A DNA stretch of 33,538 nucleotides from an uncultured bacterium (GCA_963977445.1 CAXBPH010000047.1:1-33538); one strand, 5' to 3'. Shown: positions 1 to 9,655, numbered from the stretch's first letter. The notes: generated from the sequence alone by a model not told the origin. Program-made: numbers and translations.

Positions 1-55
1 CATCCTCACCATCCTCACCATCCTCACCATCCTCACCATCCTCACCATCCTCACC
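1..55 (-). repeat. 9-bp tandem repeat (CATCCTCAC)x6, encoding (Gly-Glu-Asp)n on the minus strand; runs off the window edge
   Basis: Six perfect copies at 1-54, in frame with the CDS starting at 637 (...NSKAPGEDGEDGED...). Confidence 0.95.
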
Positions 56-637
56 GGGCGCCTTGGAATTATCCGCAGCATCGTCGACCGTCTCGCTCGT
101 TTCTTCTGTTACTTCTGGCGCGGCTTCCGTTTCGGCTGCTTTTTCGAGTTCCTGGAGGCGGGCGAGGAGCAAATTACGTGCTTGTTCCATTTCCAGGTAG
201 CTGAATTGAGGGTCGGGTACCTCTATCAGGCGATTGCCAATGCGATCGGTGTAGAGGGTAATGCGAACTTCGCCATCAGACTCATCGGACTCTTTGATGA
301 GCCGGAACACTTTCTGGCGACGCAACAGACCAGCGGCAAGGAAGGCCTTGGCCATTTCCACCCGTGACGATTCTTCCGCCGCTTCGTAGAAGAGCTGGCG
401 TAGGGGGGAGAACACCTCCGGTGCATCGTTTTCTTCGATTTTCGGGTCAAAATAGACCATTTTCCATACGGAATAGGCATGGTGATCGGTCTGGGCGGTC
501 CAACAGTCGGCGCAAAAGTCCTCTCGCTGCAGGGCTCCTTCTACGACGCGAACCGTAGACGTGACGGCTTGTTCGTGTATGAAATCATTCCCGCACGCGG
601 CGCATGCATGGGCGTTTTTACTGATTTTTATATTCAT
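1..637 (-). CDS. Hypothetical protein with an N-terminal CxxC...CxxC putative Zn-binding domain and acidic tail; 3'-truncated, absent from the ORF track
   Basis: Manual translation from ATG 637: MNIKISKNAHACAACGNDFIHEQAV...REDFCADCW...LAAGLLRRQKVFRL...IEVPDPQF...EAAPEVTEE...(GED)n. Open for 212 codons to the edge, same strand as and 40 bp after the AsmA gene. Confidence 0.85.
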   Translation of the reverse strand, partial: MNIKISKNAHACAACGNDFIHEQAVTSTVRVVEGALQREDFCADCWTAQTDHHAYSVWKMVYFDPKIEENDAPEVFSPLRQLFYEAAEESSRVEMAKAFLAAGLLRRQKVFRLIKESDESDGEVRITLYTDRIGNRLIEVPDPQFSYLEMEQARNLLLARLQELEKAAETEAAPEVTEETSETVDDAADNSKAPGEDGEDGEDGEDGEDGED

Positions 638-677
638 GGTGGGGTACTGCTAACCTGGTCGTGTTGAGGGAAGGGGA

Positions 678-3668
678 TTATTCGGCGGGGGCTTTCTTGC
701 CCCCAGCCCCGACGATACCGCCCCCGATCTTAAACAGATCGAGGAGGATTTGTCTAGGGAGATCGACGACTTTCATGACATCGCTGGTGACTTCCACGGC
801 TCCGCTGACGATGGTATCACCAACTGACGGCAGCCCTTCAAGTTCCATCTTGGGGGCGAAACTCGGGCCAAAGATGTGAAAGGTCAGTTCCAGATTGGTC
901 TGGCTGTGCTTCAGGCCGTCGAGATTGAAATAGGTGCGTAAGGCGGGGACCCCTTTGGCCGTAGCGGCGGGCAGGGAGAACCGAAGCAGATAATCCATAT
1001 CACCATTGACCACGAAGTGGCCGTTGCCCGATATTTTTACCGCGTCCGATTCGAGAAGCATATTGGTGGTCTTAACCAAATCGCCTTCAAGGGCCACATC
1101 GGCAGTGAAATGGGTAAAGCGGAGGGAGGGGGGCAGGGTGATGGATGCTTCTTCTATCTGCCGCTCAAATTGGGCAAAGAGGTAGTCCGCACTGAATTGC
1201 CCGTCTACCACATCGAAGTAGCCCGTTCCCTTGAGGGTGCCGGTATCGTCTTTGTCCACTTCGTACGCGATACCGCCCGTCATGGTTCCGGTAAAAATCT
1301 CCGGTAATTTCAGGTGTTCGAGCAGGTAGGCGGCGGGTACCTTGTCCCAATTGGCGTCGAGCTGGTGGACGTTGTCTGGTTTTGATGCGGAATACATACC
1401 ACCGATACTGCCGCCACTCACCATCGCTTTAAATGACTTGAAGCCGCTCTTGTTCACATCGGCATAGGCGGAACCACTGAAGTTGGTCCCTGACCAGGGA
1501 GGATAACTGATAACATCGGCTTGAAGGTCATAGATCCAGGCCCGATCCAGTGGGGGAAAGGTTTCCAGGGATGGATCATCTTCTGCACGTAACGGAAGCA
1601 ACCAGGGGGTCCCAAAGGGGGGAAGCGACGCGGAGGCGGTTTTCAGGGTCAAGGTACCGGTCCGCACTTCGCCTTCCTTGAAGACTCGGGTATCGATGCT
1701 TATGTCGGAGCCGGTAATGGGGCGGTTTGTCCCGTCGGGTAACATCGTAAGGGTGTCGATATGGCCACCGATTCTCAATTCGAGTATTGCCGGTGATCCG
1801 GTTGTTCTGCTCCATCCCAGATGGCCTTCCGTTCCGACACCACCGGAGACCGTGTAGGGCAGATTCAGGACCTTATCCACGGTGCCCATTTCAATGTGGG
1901 GGGAATCAAGATCAAGTGCCTGAAGTTCCCATTTCTTCCCCGTGTAGCCAAGTGCGATGTCTGCATTGATTTCGGCCGTATCCAAGGCGGCTGTTCCCGT
2001 AATCGTTATCGACTTTTTCGGGATAACGTCTATATGGAGGCGCTGAATGCGAGCGCCGATACCGGGACGCTTTGCCAACCACCATTCCCAATCGAGTTGG
2101 GTGCGGGTCAGGTCGGCGGCGGCGTCGATCTCATAGCGTTTGGGGGAAATGGTGCCGGTCAGGGAGTTAATGGTGACGGGGCCGCGCATGGTCAGGAGCG
2201 GGTGGTTGGCCACGGCCTCAATCTCTTCCACGGCCCCGAGGTCACCAGCGAGATTCAGCGACAAGGTCTCGGAGGCCATGGTGTAGTCCAGGCTTCCCCG
2301 TATCGTGTTGCCAGCAATCTGGGCAATCAGTGGTTTGAAGGCGAGGGTTCCGTCTCCAAGGATGAGTGTACCGGTGATGTTTTCGGCGAGAATTCCCGAT
2401 GCATCATGATTGATAGTTCCATCACTCAGCGAAAGACGTCCTGTGGGCAGGGAGCCATCGGAACGCCAGGAGAGGCTCATGAAATTGAAGGCCAGATCGG
2501 CGTTTGGCAGGGCGGAGGTGCTGGGCACAAAGCGGAGCCCCCCGGCACCCAACTGGGCCTCTACGCCGACGTCGGGTGAGGTCGCATCGCCCTTAAAGGT
2601 CACATAGAAGACGTAGGGGTCTGAGGCTTCGAGGGTCAACTTGCCGTGTTCTTCGAGCCAACTGCCCGAGGCGAGGGCCATGATGTCGTCTATTGCGAAT
2701 TGCTGAACCTCGAGTTTCAGATCGAGTACGGGTGGGTCTTGTGCGAAGGATACCGTTCCTTCCACCTGCCCCTCGAATTCGGGCGATAGGGTCTTGGCGG
2801 TGTTCAGCGTGAGGAGGTGGGTGTTCACGTCGTAACTGGCCAGGGCATTGAGCAGGCCGGACTCAGGGACGGGCATATCCTGGGCCGCCCGCAGTTGCAG
2901 GTCTTGAAAGGGCACTTCCAGTCCCAGGACCATGGTGCGACGGGGATAGCCGGACACCCGGATGCTTGGCTGGGCTGTGCCGGCGCTTACGTGCTTGTCG
3001 AGTAGGGGGAATATGGGGGCGAGGCGCTGAGAATCGAGGGCGTCACATTGTATACGAAGGTCGAAATTTTCGAGCGAGGCGTAGCGCGCAAATACCTGGA
3101 AGCCCCCGGTTTCACCTTCATCGAGGTGACCGTCGAGATTGGCAATGATATGGGAAGAGTCGGGGAGTCGATTTAGATCAAAGTTGATCGTATCTATCCT
3201 AAAGGCAGTATCACCAACAATATGCTCGATCTCGATGCTGCAATTTCGGCCGACTGCCCGAAAGGGGATAGGCTTTGCCAGGGCGGAGCGCTCAGCCAGA
3301 TCGCTGGTGAACCAGTAGTTGCCCCGGGGCCGTGTCAGGCGAATCCTGGCATTATCCAATTGGATTCGACTTATGGATACGTGCCCCTGAAGCAGATCGG
3401 CAATGTTTACCCGCAAGAGTGCCTCAGGGACGTGGATTTCTACGGTGGGTCCGGTCTCGGAGTCGACAAGCACGTGGAGCGCTTGCATGCGCAACCCCCG
3501 AAGGCCATCGACGCGGACGCCCTGGGCATCGAGAAGCACGCCAGTTCGTTGTTCAATCTCGGCCTGCACGGTGGTGCGTAGTGCTTCGAGCTGATACTTT
3601 ACGAAAAGTACCCCGCCCGCAACGATCGCCGTAAGAACAAGAAGGGCCAGTAGCCACAGACGAGTCAT
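678..3668 (-). CDS. AsmA/YhdP/TamB-like envelope-spanning protein (putative lipid-transfer bridge)
   Basis: About 1000 aa; single N-terminal TM (MTRLWLLALLVLTAIVAGGVLFV), long beta-rich body, AsmA-like C-terminal region (LKGTGYFDVVDG...KISGNGHF...DY). Start moved to ATG 3668 because the track start at 3743 overlaps recA. Confidence 0.75.
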   Translation of the reverse strand: MTRLWLLALLVLTAIVAGGVLFVKYQLEALRTTVQAEIEQRTGVLLDAQGVRVDGLRGLRMQALHVLVDSETGPTVEIHVPEALLRVNIADLLQGHVSISRIQLDNARIRLTRPRGNYWFTSDLAERSALAKPIPFRAVGRNCSIEIEHIVGDTAFRIDTINFDLNRLPDSSHIIANLDGHLDEGETGGFQVFARYASLENFDLRIQCDALDSQRLAPIFPLLDKHVSAGTAQPSIRVSGYPRRTMVLGLEVPFQDLQLRAAQDMPVPESGLLNALASYDVNTHLLTLNTAKTLSPEFEGQVEGTVSFAQDPPVLDLKLEVQQFAIDDIMALASGSWLEEHGKLTLEASDPYVFYVTFKGDATSPDVGVEAQLGAGGLRFVPSTSALPNADLAFNFMSLSWRSDGSLPTGRLSLSDGTINHDASGILAENITGTLILGDGTLAFKPLIAQIAGNTIRGSLDYTMASETLSLNLAGDLGAVEEIEAVANHPLLTMRGPVTINSLTGTISPKRYEIDAAADLTRTQLDWEWWLAKRPGIGARIQRLHIDVIPKKSITITGTAALDTAEINADIALGYTGKKWELQALDLDSPHIEMGTVDKVLNLPYTVSGGVGTEGHLGWSRTTGSPAILELRIGGHIDTLTMLPDGTNRPITGSDISIDTRVFKEGEVRTGTLTLKTASASLPPFGTPWLLPLRAEDDPSLETFPPLDRAWIYDLQADVISYPPWSGTNFSGSAYADVNKSGFKSFKAMVSGGSIGGMYSASKPDNVHQLDANWDKVPAAYLLEHLKLPEIFTGTMTGGIAYEVDKDDTGTLKGTGYFDVVDGQFSADYLFAQFERQIEEASITLPPSLRFTHFTADVALEGDLVKTTNMLLESDAVKISGNGHFVVNGDMDYLLRFSLPAATAKGVPALRTYFNLDGLKHSQTNLELTFHIFGPSFAPKMELEGLPSVGDTIVSGAVEVTSDVMKVVDLPRQILLDLFKIGGGIVGAGGKKAPAE

Positions 3669-3714
3669 GCGGCTCTGGCCCAAAGGCGCGGATGCGGTGT
3701 GTGTATCTACGTTC

Positions 3715-4797
3715 TTACTCGCCTGCACGCGCTTCCTGTACAACCTCTTCTTCTATAGTAGCGCTGACCTGAGCACCACGATTGGCCCAGGGTAGATCCT
3801 TGGCTTTGATAATCTGGTCTCGGACCTGCTCAGCAATCTCGGGGTTGTCTTTGAGATATTGGCGTGTCGCTTCCCGACCCTGACCAAGATTTTCTCCATT
3901 CATAGAAAACCAGGCCCCGCTTTTGCGTATGATTTTCTCTTCCACCGCAAGATCAAGAATATTACCTTCCTTCGAGATACCTTCATTGAAAAGGATATCG
4001 AACTCTGCAATACGGAAGGGAGCACCAAGTTTGTTTTTAACAACCTTGACCTTAACCCGGTTACCCACGTTGGCTTCTCGTTCCTTGATGGCCGCAATCC
4101 GGCGAATATCCAGACGGATGCTGGCATAAAACTTCAACGCCCGGCCACCGGTGGTGGTTTCGGGGCTGCCAAACATGACGCCGATTTTCTCACGAATCTG
4201 ATTGATGAAAATCACCAGCGTATTGGATCGACTGATAATGGCAGTAAGCTTACGAAGGGCCTGAGACATAAGCCGGGCCTGCAAGCCCATGTGGCTGTCG
4301 CCCATGTCGCCTTCTACTTCCGCTCTGGGTACGAGGGCCGCAACGGAGTCGATGACAATGACATTGACCGCATTGCTGCGAACAAGACTCTCACAGATCT
4401 CGAGGGCCTGCTCGGCGGTGTCGGGTTGGGAAACCAGCAGATTATCGATGTCTACGCCAATTTTGGTCGCAAACTGAGGATCCAGTGCGTGCTCGGCATC
4501 GATAAAGCAGGCAATACCACCATTGCGCTGTGAATTGGCAACCACATGGAGGGCCAACGTCGTTTTACCCGAGGATTCGGGGCCGAAAACTTCGACGACC
4601 CGGCCAACGGGCAAGCCGCCGATTCCGGTGGCAATATCCAGGGCCAGACTGCCCGTAGAAATGGCATCAATCCGCTGGGTCATGCTGTCATCACCCAGAC
4701 GGACCAAGGTGCCCCGTCCAAATTGTTTTTCCAGTTGGGAGAGCGCGATATCGAGCGCTTTGCCCTTGTCTTCATTAGGTGTTGGTTTGGCAGCCAT
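3715..4797 (-). CDS. recA: Recombinase A
   Basis: GPESSGKTT Walker [60 protein letters not shown] upstream; no intein. Confidence 0.99.
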   Translation of the reverse strand: MAAKPTPNEDKGKALDIALSQLEKQFGRGTLVRLGDDSMTQRIDAISTGSLALDIATGIGGLPVGRVVEVFGPESSGKTTLALHVVANSQRNGGIACFIDAEHALDPQFATKIGVDIDNLLVSQPDTAEQALEICESLVRSNAVNVIVIDSVAALVPRAEVEGDMGDSHMGLQARLMSQALRKLTAIISRSNTLVIFINQIREKIGVMFGSPETTTGGRALKFYASIRLDIRRIAAIKEREANVGNRVKVKVVKNKLGAPFRIAEFDILFNEGISKEGNILDLAVEEKIIRKSGAWFSMNGENLGQGREATRQYLKDNPEIAEQVRDQIIKAKDLPWANRGAQVSATIEEEVVQEARAGE

Positions 4798-4818
4798 GGC
4801 TAGCTCCTTTGGTTACAC

Positions 4819-4832
4819 TGAACAAAAATTCA
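4819..4832. promoter_or_regulatory. Candidate LexA/SOS operator TGAAC-N4-ATTCA
   Basis: Near-palindrome one mismatch from GAAC-N4-GTTC, between the predicted promoter and the recA RBS; a similar site at 4858-4871 overlaps the -35. Confidence 0.45.
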
Positions 4833-4842
4833 CCACGTCCCT

Positions 4843-4871
4843 ATAGTGCCAAAACACTGAATGAATGTCAA
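4843..4871 (-). promoter_or_regulatory. Putative sigma70 promoter of recA
   Basis: Minus strand: perfect TTGACA (4871-4866), 17-bp spacer, CACTAT (4848-4843). Confidence 0.6.
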
Positions 4872-4946
4872 GTAAAAAGTTCGGCGTATTTCTGAACCCT
4901 AGTGTACGCCTTTTTTCCCGCTAATGTACACGTCCAGGTGCACGCC

Positions 4947-7007
4947 CTACTCCGTTTCAATACGCTCGAGCGCATAGGTGCCAGAATATAGGCCCAAGCC
5001 CACAATATCCAGCTCAAAATGCTCCCCAACCACATCAATGATTACCTGATTTTTCTCGGTAATTGTATAGCGGCCTTTAATCGTGCCATTGACGAGCAAG
5101 ACGTTCTCCGGCTGAAAATGTAAACGGAATTGTCCGCCCGACCAGATCGTTCCGATGAGGGATTCAGCGTTCAGGGTCGGTCCCTGGGCTTCCGTCGCAG
5201 TTCGGGCTTTCATTTCCGCCATGCGCTTTTCCCGCCGGACGCGCCAGCGTTCCAGGGCTTCTTCGATGCGACCAACGGGAACGCTGTAGGTCATATAGCC
5301 GATGAACATCTCTTCAAAGGTCTGATCACCGAAGCCAACGGTGTCGGACGGGTCAGGATTGGCCGGGTTCTGGGCGGAGTTATCAAAGGCACCTTCACAG
5401 AGAATGACCGTATCGGCGGGGAGGATTTTGGGCGCAGCGAGTTGATAGGTGGTCTGCCAGTCGAAGTTATAGCGGGGCACCGAAAGCAGGACTTCCGATT
5501 CGCCAGAGGGGTAGAGGGCCGTGTATCGGAAGCGGCTGCCGCGATAGTGCATGTGGGGCGACATGCCGTAGAGGGTGACCTCGCCTGGCCAAACTCGATG
5601 ATCTTCTTCCACCGGAAAGTCACGGACTCCCGGAGGTATCTTAAAGCTGCCATTGAAGGCGGCCCGCGTTACGAGCTGGTGGGTCGGCGTTCCGTCATAA
5701 AAATAGAGGCCCAGAGCTGATTGGTCCGTCTCGGCCTTACCGGTGGTCACATAGTGGATTTGAAACAGAAAGGTCGAGCCAGCAGGAACGAACTTGGCCG
5801 TGCCCGGGGGAAAGGGTTCCTGTCGACCGCCGGGAACGAATCCCGCGAAATAGCCGCTGGCACCTCCATCCACCTCGGGTTCAAGTTGTTTCTTTTCGTC
5901 AGGATACTGAATGAATACGAGGGCATGATGCACGACCTCGGGGTTACCGGGTCGTATCTCAATGGCCCGTAGCCAGGTGTCTTCATGCAGTCCGGAAGGA
6001 ACGGAAATAAGCTGATACTCCACAACACCCTCGGGTGGGATTTCCTGGGCCGACGCCATGGTGAGGAGCTTGTCGGGCGTGCCATTGTCCCATTCCTGTG
6101 GTGCGCGCTCAGGCAGATCGGCGAGGGGGTCCGGTCCCTCACCCCGGGGTGTACCTTGATCAATCCAGGCCAGCAAGCTGCGTTTCTCTTCGCCAGAGAG
6201 GGAAAAATCGTTGCGGAAGGTGCCAATGTGGGGATCGGCACTCCAGGGCGGCATCCGGTCGGTGAGAATAACTTCCCGGGTCATTTCGGCCCAACCACGG
6301 ACCTTTTCATAGCGATTGAAGGCGAAGGGCGCCGCACCATTTTCTTGATGACAGGTCACACAGCGCCGAATCAGGATGGGCGCAATATCCTTTTCGTAGG
6401 TCAGGGAGTCGAAGGGCGGCGCAATAGGTAAGGCAGGGGATTCGGGAATGGCTACCTCGGTCGGTACGGGTGTGCGAAAGAGAGAAGACATTTTTTCGGC
6501 CTCTGCGGCGATGGTGCTCCGGAGGGTGGTGCGCCATCCGTCGGTTGCGATCATGAGCAAGGTGCCGTTCTGGGTGACCGCCAGCGCCCCGGTGACCAAC
6601 TGGTCCTGGTCCATTAAGATGGGGAGATTGGTCGCGTCCCGGATAGCCGGATCGGCCATGCGCGCATCGTCGCGGGCCATTCCTGGACTGGTATTCACGA
6701 TGAAATGCCGCATGCTGCTGGTGGATGTTGCATCGGCAAGGGCCTGAAAGGTGCGCAGCGACGTCGGCGTGTCCTCCAGCCGAATATCGCAAAACAGGAG
6801 GGCCAAGGTCTGTACATCGGCGTTTCGATAGAGCTCAACCGCACGTCCCTCGTGATCCAGCAAGGCGAAATTTGGAACCGCTTGCCCCGTTGCGCAGGTG
6901 TTGGAGACCGTCAACAGGCAGAGCAGCAGGGGGAAGAGGTGTCGGCCTGCGTCTGACCAGCAACCTGAATTGCATGGGCGACTACCGTGGAAATCCAGCA
7001 TGTGCAT
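4947..7007 (-). CDS. Exported redoxin-like + cytochrome c + copper type II ascorbate-dependent monooxygenase-like fusion protein
   Basis: Signal-like hydrophobic stretch, VPNFALLDHEG redoxin-like start, CVTCH heme motif plus MPPW, then VVHH, QIHY, PHMH and EEM motifs; start uncertain (7046/7007/7001). Confidence 0.8.
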   Translation of the reverse strand: MHMLDFHGSRPCNSGCWSDAGRHLFPLLLCLLTVSNTCATGQAVPNFALLDHEGRAVELYRNADVQTLALLFCDIRLEDTPTSLRTFQALADATSTSSMRHFIVNTSPGMARDDARMADPAIRDATNLPILMDQDQLVTGALAVTQNGTLLMIATDGWRTTLRSTIAAEAEKMSSLFRTPVPTEVAIPESPALPIAPPFDSLTYEKDIAPILIRRCVTCHQENGAAPFAFNRYEKVRGWAEMTREVILTDRMPPWSADPHIGTFRNDFSLSGEEKRSLLAWIDQGTPRGEGPDPLADLPERAPQEWDNGTPDKLLTMASAQEIPPEGVVEYQLISVPSGLHEDTWLRAIEIRPGNPEVVHHALVFIQYPDEKKQLEPEVDGGASGYFAGFVPGGRQEPFPPGTAKFVPAGSTFLFQIHYVTTGKAETDQSALGLYFYDGTPTHQLVTRAAFNGSFKIPPGVRDFPVEEDHRVWPGEVTLYGMSPHMHYRGSRFRYTALYPSGESEVLLSVPRYNFDWQTTYQLAAPKILPADTVILCEGAFDNSAQNPANPDPSDTVGFGDQTFEEMFIGYMTYSVPVGRIEEALERWRVRREKRMAEMKARTATEAQGPTLNAESLIGTIWSGGQFRLHFQPENVLLVNGTIKGRYTITEKNQVIIDVVGEHFELDIVGLGLYSGTYALERIETE

Positions 7008-7183
7008 AATCTGCTCCGGTTTGTATAGGGCATGGTAAAAATACAACAGGCCCGCCGACAGGCGCTGGGCTCAGGTTAGACCGGGAAAGTTGGCCCGGGG
7101 TTGCGCGGAGGAAGCCTCAACATTGATTCGGGATTCGTCGTGGTGTCGTGTTAAGATAGGCCTGAAAGTGGGGCGTTTGATAA

Positions 7184-8005
7184 ATGAGGAATGACGTAAT
7201 GACGATGCTTGGTGTCCTATTGATAAGTTTAGTTGGCGGCACTGTTTATGACAAGGCTCCGGCCGACGTCGATGCCTATTTGCAGGCCCTGACGACTACC
7301 GAGCCTACCTTTGTCGAACGGTTTACCCACGTGGTGAAAGATGCCGTTGGAACACCCTACGCCGATGGCCCCCTTGGCGAAGGCCCCCAGGGTACCTACG
7401 ACACCGATCCCCTGATGGATTTGTCCCGGGTCGATTGCGTCACCTTTGTGGAGCAAAGCGTTGCGCTGGCCACCGCGGGCGACACCCATGAGGCGGAGGC
7501 GAAACTGCAGTTGCTGCGGTATGCGGACGGGCAGATTGACTTTGCCACGCGCAATCACTTTATGCTGGTGGACTGGATTCCCAATAATCCCTGGTGCCTG
7601 GATACGACGGCGACCCTCGGTGTGCCCACGGCGAAGGTGACGCGCACTATCAGTAAGTCGGCATTTTTTAAGTTGGTGAAGGCCCCCACATTGGGGCAGG
7701 ATATCCCCGACCGGGATGTGACCATAACCTACGTGCCCTCGGCCAATGTGGCTGCCGCCGAAGCCCGCTTGCGGGAGCCGACCCTCGTTGTGTTTCTTGG
7801 TACCGTCGATTGGCTTTTCTCGCTCCATTGCGGTATCTATCTTCCCGACGGAAACGGTGGCGGGGCTTTGTATCACGCCAGCTCCAAGGCAGGAAACGTT
7901 TCCGTCACTGATTTGTCCGACTATGTGGCGGGCCAGGGCAAGCGTTATATCGGCATTACGACCTATACCATTACATCACCACTGACAACCAGCGCCGCTG
8001 GTTGA
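7184..8005 (+). CDS. DUF1460 family N-acetylmuramoyl-L-alanine amidase-like protein (NlpC/P60 fold)
   Basis: GTPY...PLGEG...DLSRVDCVTFVE, RY.DG.I....RNHF..DW, HCGI and LYHASS motifs; N-terminal signal. Confidence 0.85.
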   Translation: MRNDVMTMLGVLLISLVGGTVYDKAPADVDAYLQALTTTEPTFVERFTHVVKDAVGTPYADGPLGEGPQGTYDTDPLMDLSRVDCVTFVEQSVALATAGDTHEAEAKLQLLRYADGQIDFATRNHFMLVDWIPNNPWCLDTTATLGVPTAKVTRTISKSAFFKLVKAPTLGQDIPDRDVTITYVPSANVAAAEARLREPTLVVFLGTVDWLFSLHCGIYLPDGNGGGALYHASSKAGNVSVTDLSDYVAGQGKRYIGITTYTITSPLTTSAAG

Positions 8006-8087
8006 CAGCGAGTGCTATTAATATTATCTGAACCAAATCGTGTAACTATCACTGAATTCGGATACGGAGACTACGGAAGGGATCCTT

Positions 8088-9578
8088 ATGAGACTGCAGG
8101 ATAATACCACAGGAATTGACCGCTCTCACCCACTTGCCGTGGTAGTGGTGGGTGCGTCTGGCGACCTGGCGTTGAAAAAAATATACCCCGCGTTGTTTGC
8201 GCTATTTTGCCAGGACCTGCTGCCGAAGCAGTTTCATATTGTGGGCTTTGCCCGCAGCGAAATGAGCAACGAAGATTTCAGGAATCGTGTGGAAGAAAAA
8301 CTGACCTGCCGCTATGTGCCGGGCCAGCAATGCGATGAACTGATGAGGGCCTTTCTTAAGAATTGCACCTATATGTCGGGCAACTACAATAGCGCCGAAT
8401 CGTATCGCAAGCTCCACACAGAGCTGGAGCACATCAAAACCGAAGGCCAGGAAAACCGTGTTTTCTATATGGCCATTCCTCCCTTTCTGTTTCTGGAAGT
8501 GGCCAATGCCCTCCACGACGCCGAGCTGGTTACGCAGGAAGAAAAGCGTGGCTGGAGCCGTGTGGTAATCGAGAAGCCTTTCGGTAGCGACCGAGAGTCT
8601 TCCGATGCCTTGACCGAGAGCATGCGCCATGTATTCAGTGAAGAGCAGACCTACCGGATTGATCACTATCTGGGCAAGGAAGTCATACAGAATCTTCTGG
8701 TACTTCGCTTCGCCAACTTGATCTTCGACCCCATCTGGAATCGTACCCATATCAAGAACGTGCGTATTTCCTGGACGGAGAATCTAAGCTTGCAGGGGCG
8801 GTCCGGCTACTTTGACCAATACGGCATTATCCGTGATGTTATGCAGAACCACCTCTTACAGATGGTCGCGTTGGTCGCCATGGAACAGCCGGTTGCGTTG
8901 AATTCAACCTATGTTCGCGATGAAAAAGTTAAAGCACTTCGTGCCATTAAGCCGCTGGCACTTGCCGATGTCGTAGTGGCCCAATATGGCCCCGGCTCGA
9001 CCGACGGCAAACAGCACTTTGGCTATCTCCAGGAAAAGGGGACGCCTGAAGGATCGATTACGCCAACCTATGCGGCCGCTGCGCTCAAGATTAACAACCG
9101 TCGCTGGGATGGCGTGCCCTTTCTCATTCGTGCGGGAAAGGGCCTGGGCGATTCTAAAACCGAGATTCGTATCCGTTTCCAGGCCATGCCGGGCAATATT
9201 TTTGCCAAAGCGGCCAAAGGTCTGCCGGAGAACGAACTGGTGATTCAGGTGCAGCCCGATGCAGGGTTGACCATGCGGATCGTTAACCGGGTTCCGGGGC
9301 TGGGAATTCGCCTCGATGAGACCAAACTCGACTTACGCTATTCATCGGCCTTTGAAGGCGCGATTCCCGATGCCTATGAATCACTGATTCTGGACGTGAT
9401 TCAGGGCGATAAGAGCCTGTTTATCCGTGCTGACGAACTTGAAGCGGCCTGGGATATCTTCACACCGGTTCTCCATGATCTGGAAGCCAAGCATGTGGAG
9501 CCCGAGAGCTATGAATTTGGAAGCGAAGGCCCGGAAGCCGCGGACGCCCTCGCCGCACGCTTTGGCGCCAAGTGGTAG
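8088..9578 (+). CDS. zwf: Glucose-6-phosphate 1-dehydrogenase (plastid/eukaryote-like sequence type)
   Basis: GASGDLA, EKPFG, RIDHYLGKE, GIIRDVMQNHLLQ, RWDGVPFLIRAGK, PDAYE. Confidence 0.98.
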   Translation: MRLQDNTTGIDRSHPLAVVVVGASGDLALKKIYPALFALFCQDLLPKQFHIVGFARSEMSNEDFRNRVEEKLTCRYVPGQQCDELMRAFLKNCTYMSGNYNSAESYRKLHTELEHIKTEGQENRVFYMAIPPFLFLEVANALHDAELVTQEEKRGWSRVVIEKPFGSDRESSDALTESMRHVFSEEQTYRIDHYLGKEVIQNLLVLRFANLIFDPIWNRTHIKNVRISWTENLSLQGRSGYFDQYGIIRDVMQNHLLQMVALVAMEQPVALNSTYVRDEKVKALRAIKPLALADVVVAQYGPGSTDGKQHFGYLQEKGTPEGSITPTYAAAALKINNRRWDGVPFLIRAGKGLGDSKTEIRIRFQAMPGNIFAKAAKGLPENELVIQVQPDAGLTMRIVNRVPGLGIRLDETKLDLRYSSAFEGAIPDAYESLILDVIQGDKSLFIRADELEAAWDIFTPVLHDLEAKHVEPESYEFGSEGPEAADALAARFGAKW

Positions 9579-9655
9579 TACTTGGTACACCGTGAAATGT
9601 ACGTGACCTCGCCCGCCCCATCGGGCAGCGAGGCTGAAACCTGGAATATCGTAAA

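Noticed and set aside
3669..3743. Extended N-termini in the ORF track (3743, 14548, 22154)
   Set aside because: They overlap upstream genes; downstream ATGs fit the domain starts better.
8002..8030. zwf promoter (TTGACA at 8002)
   Set aside because: The best -10 (TATTAT) is only 14 bp away, and the -35 overlaps a stop codon and may be chance.
9607..9633. Hairpin between zwf and pgl as a terminator
   Set aside because: No U-tract; at most an mRNA stability element.
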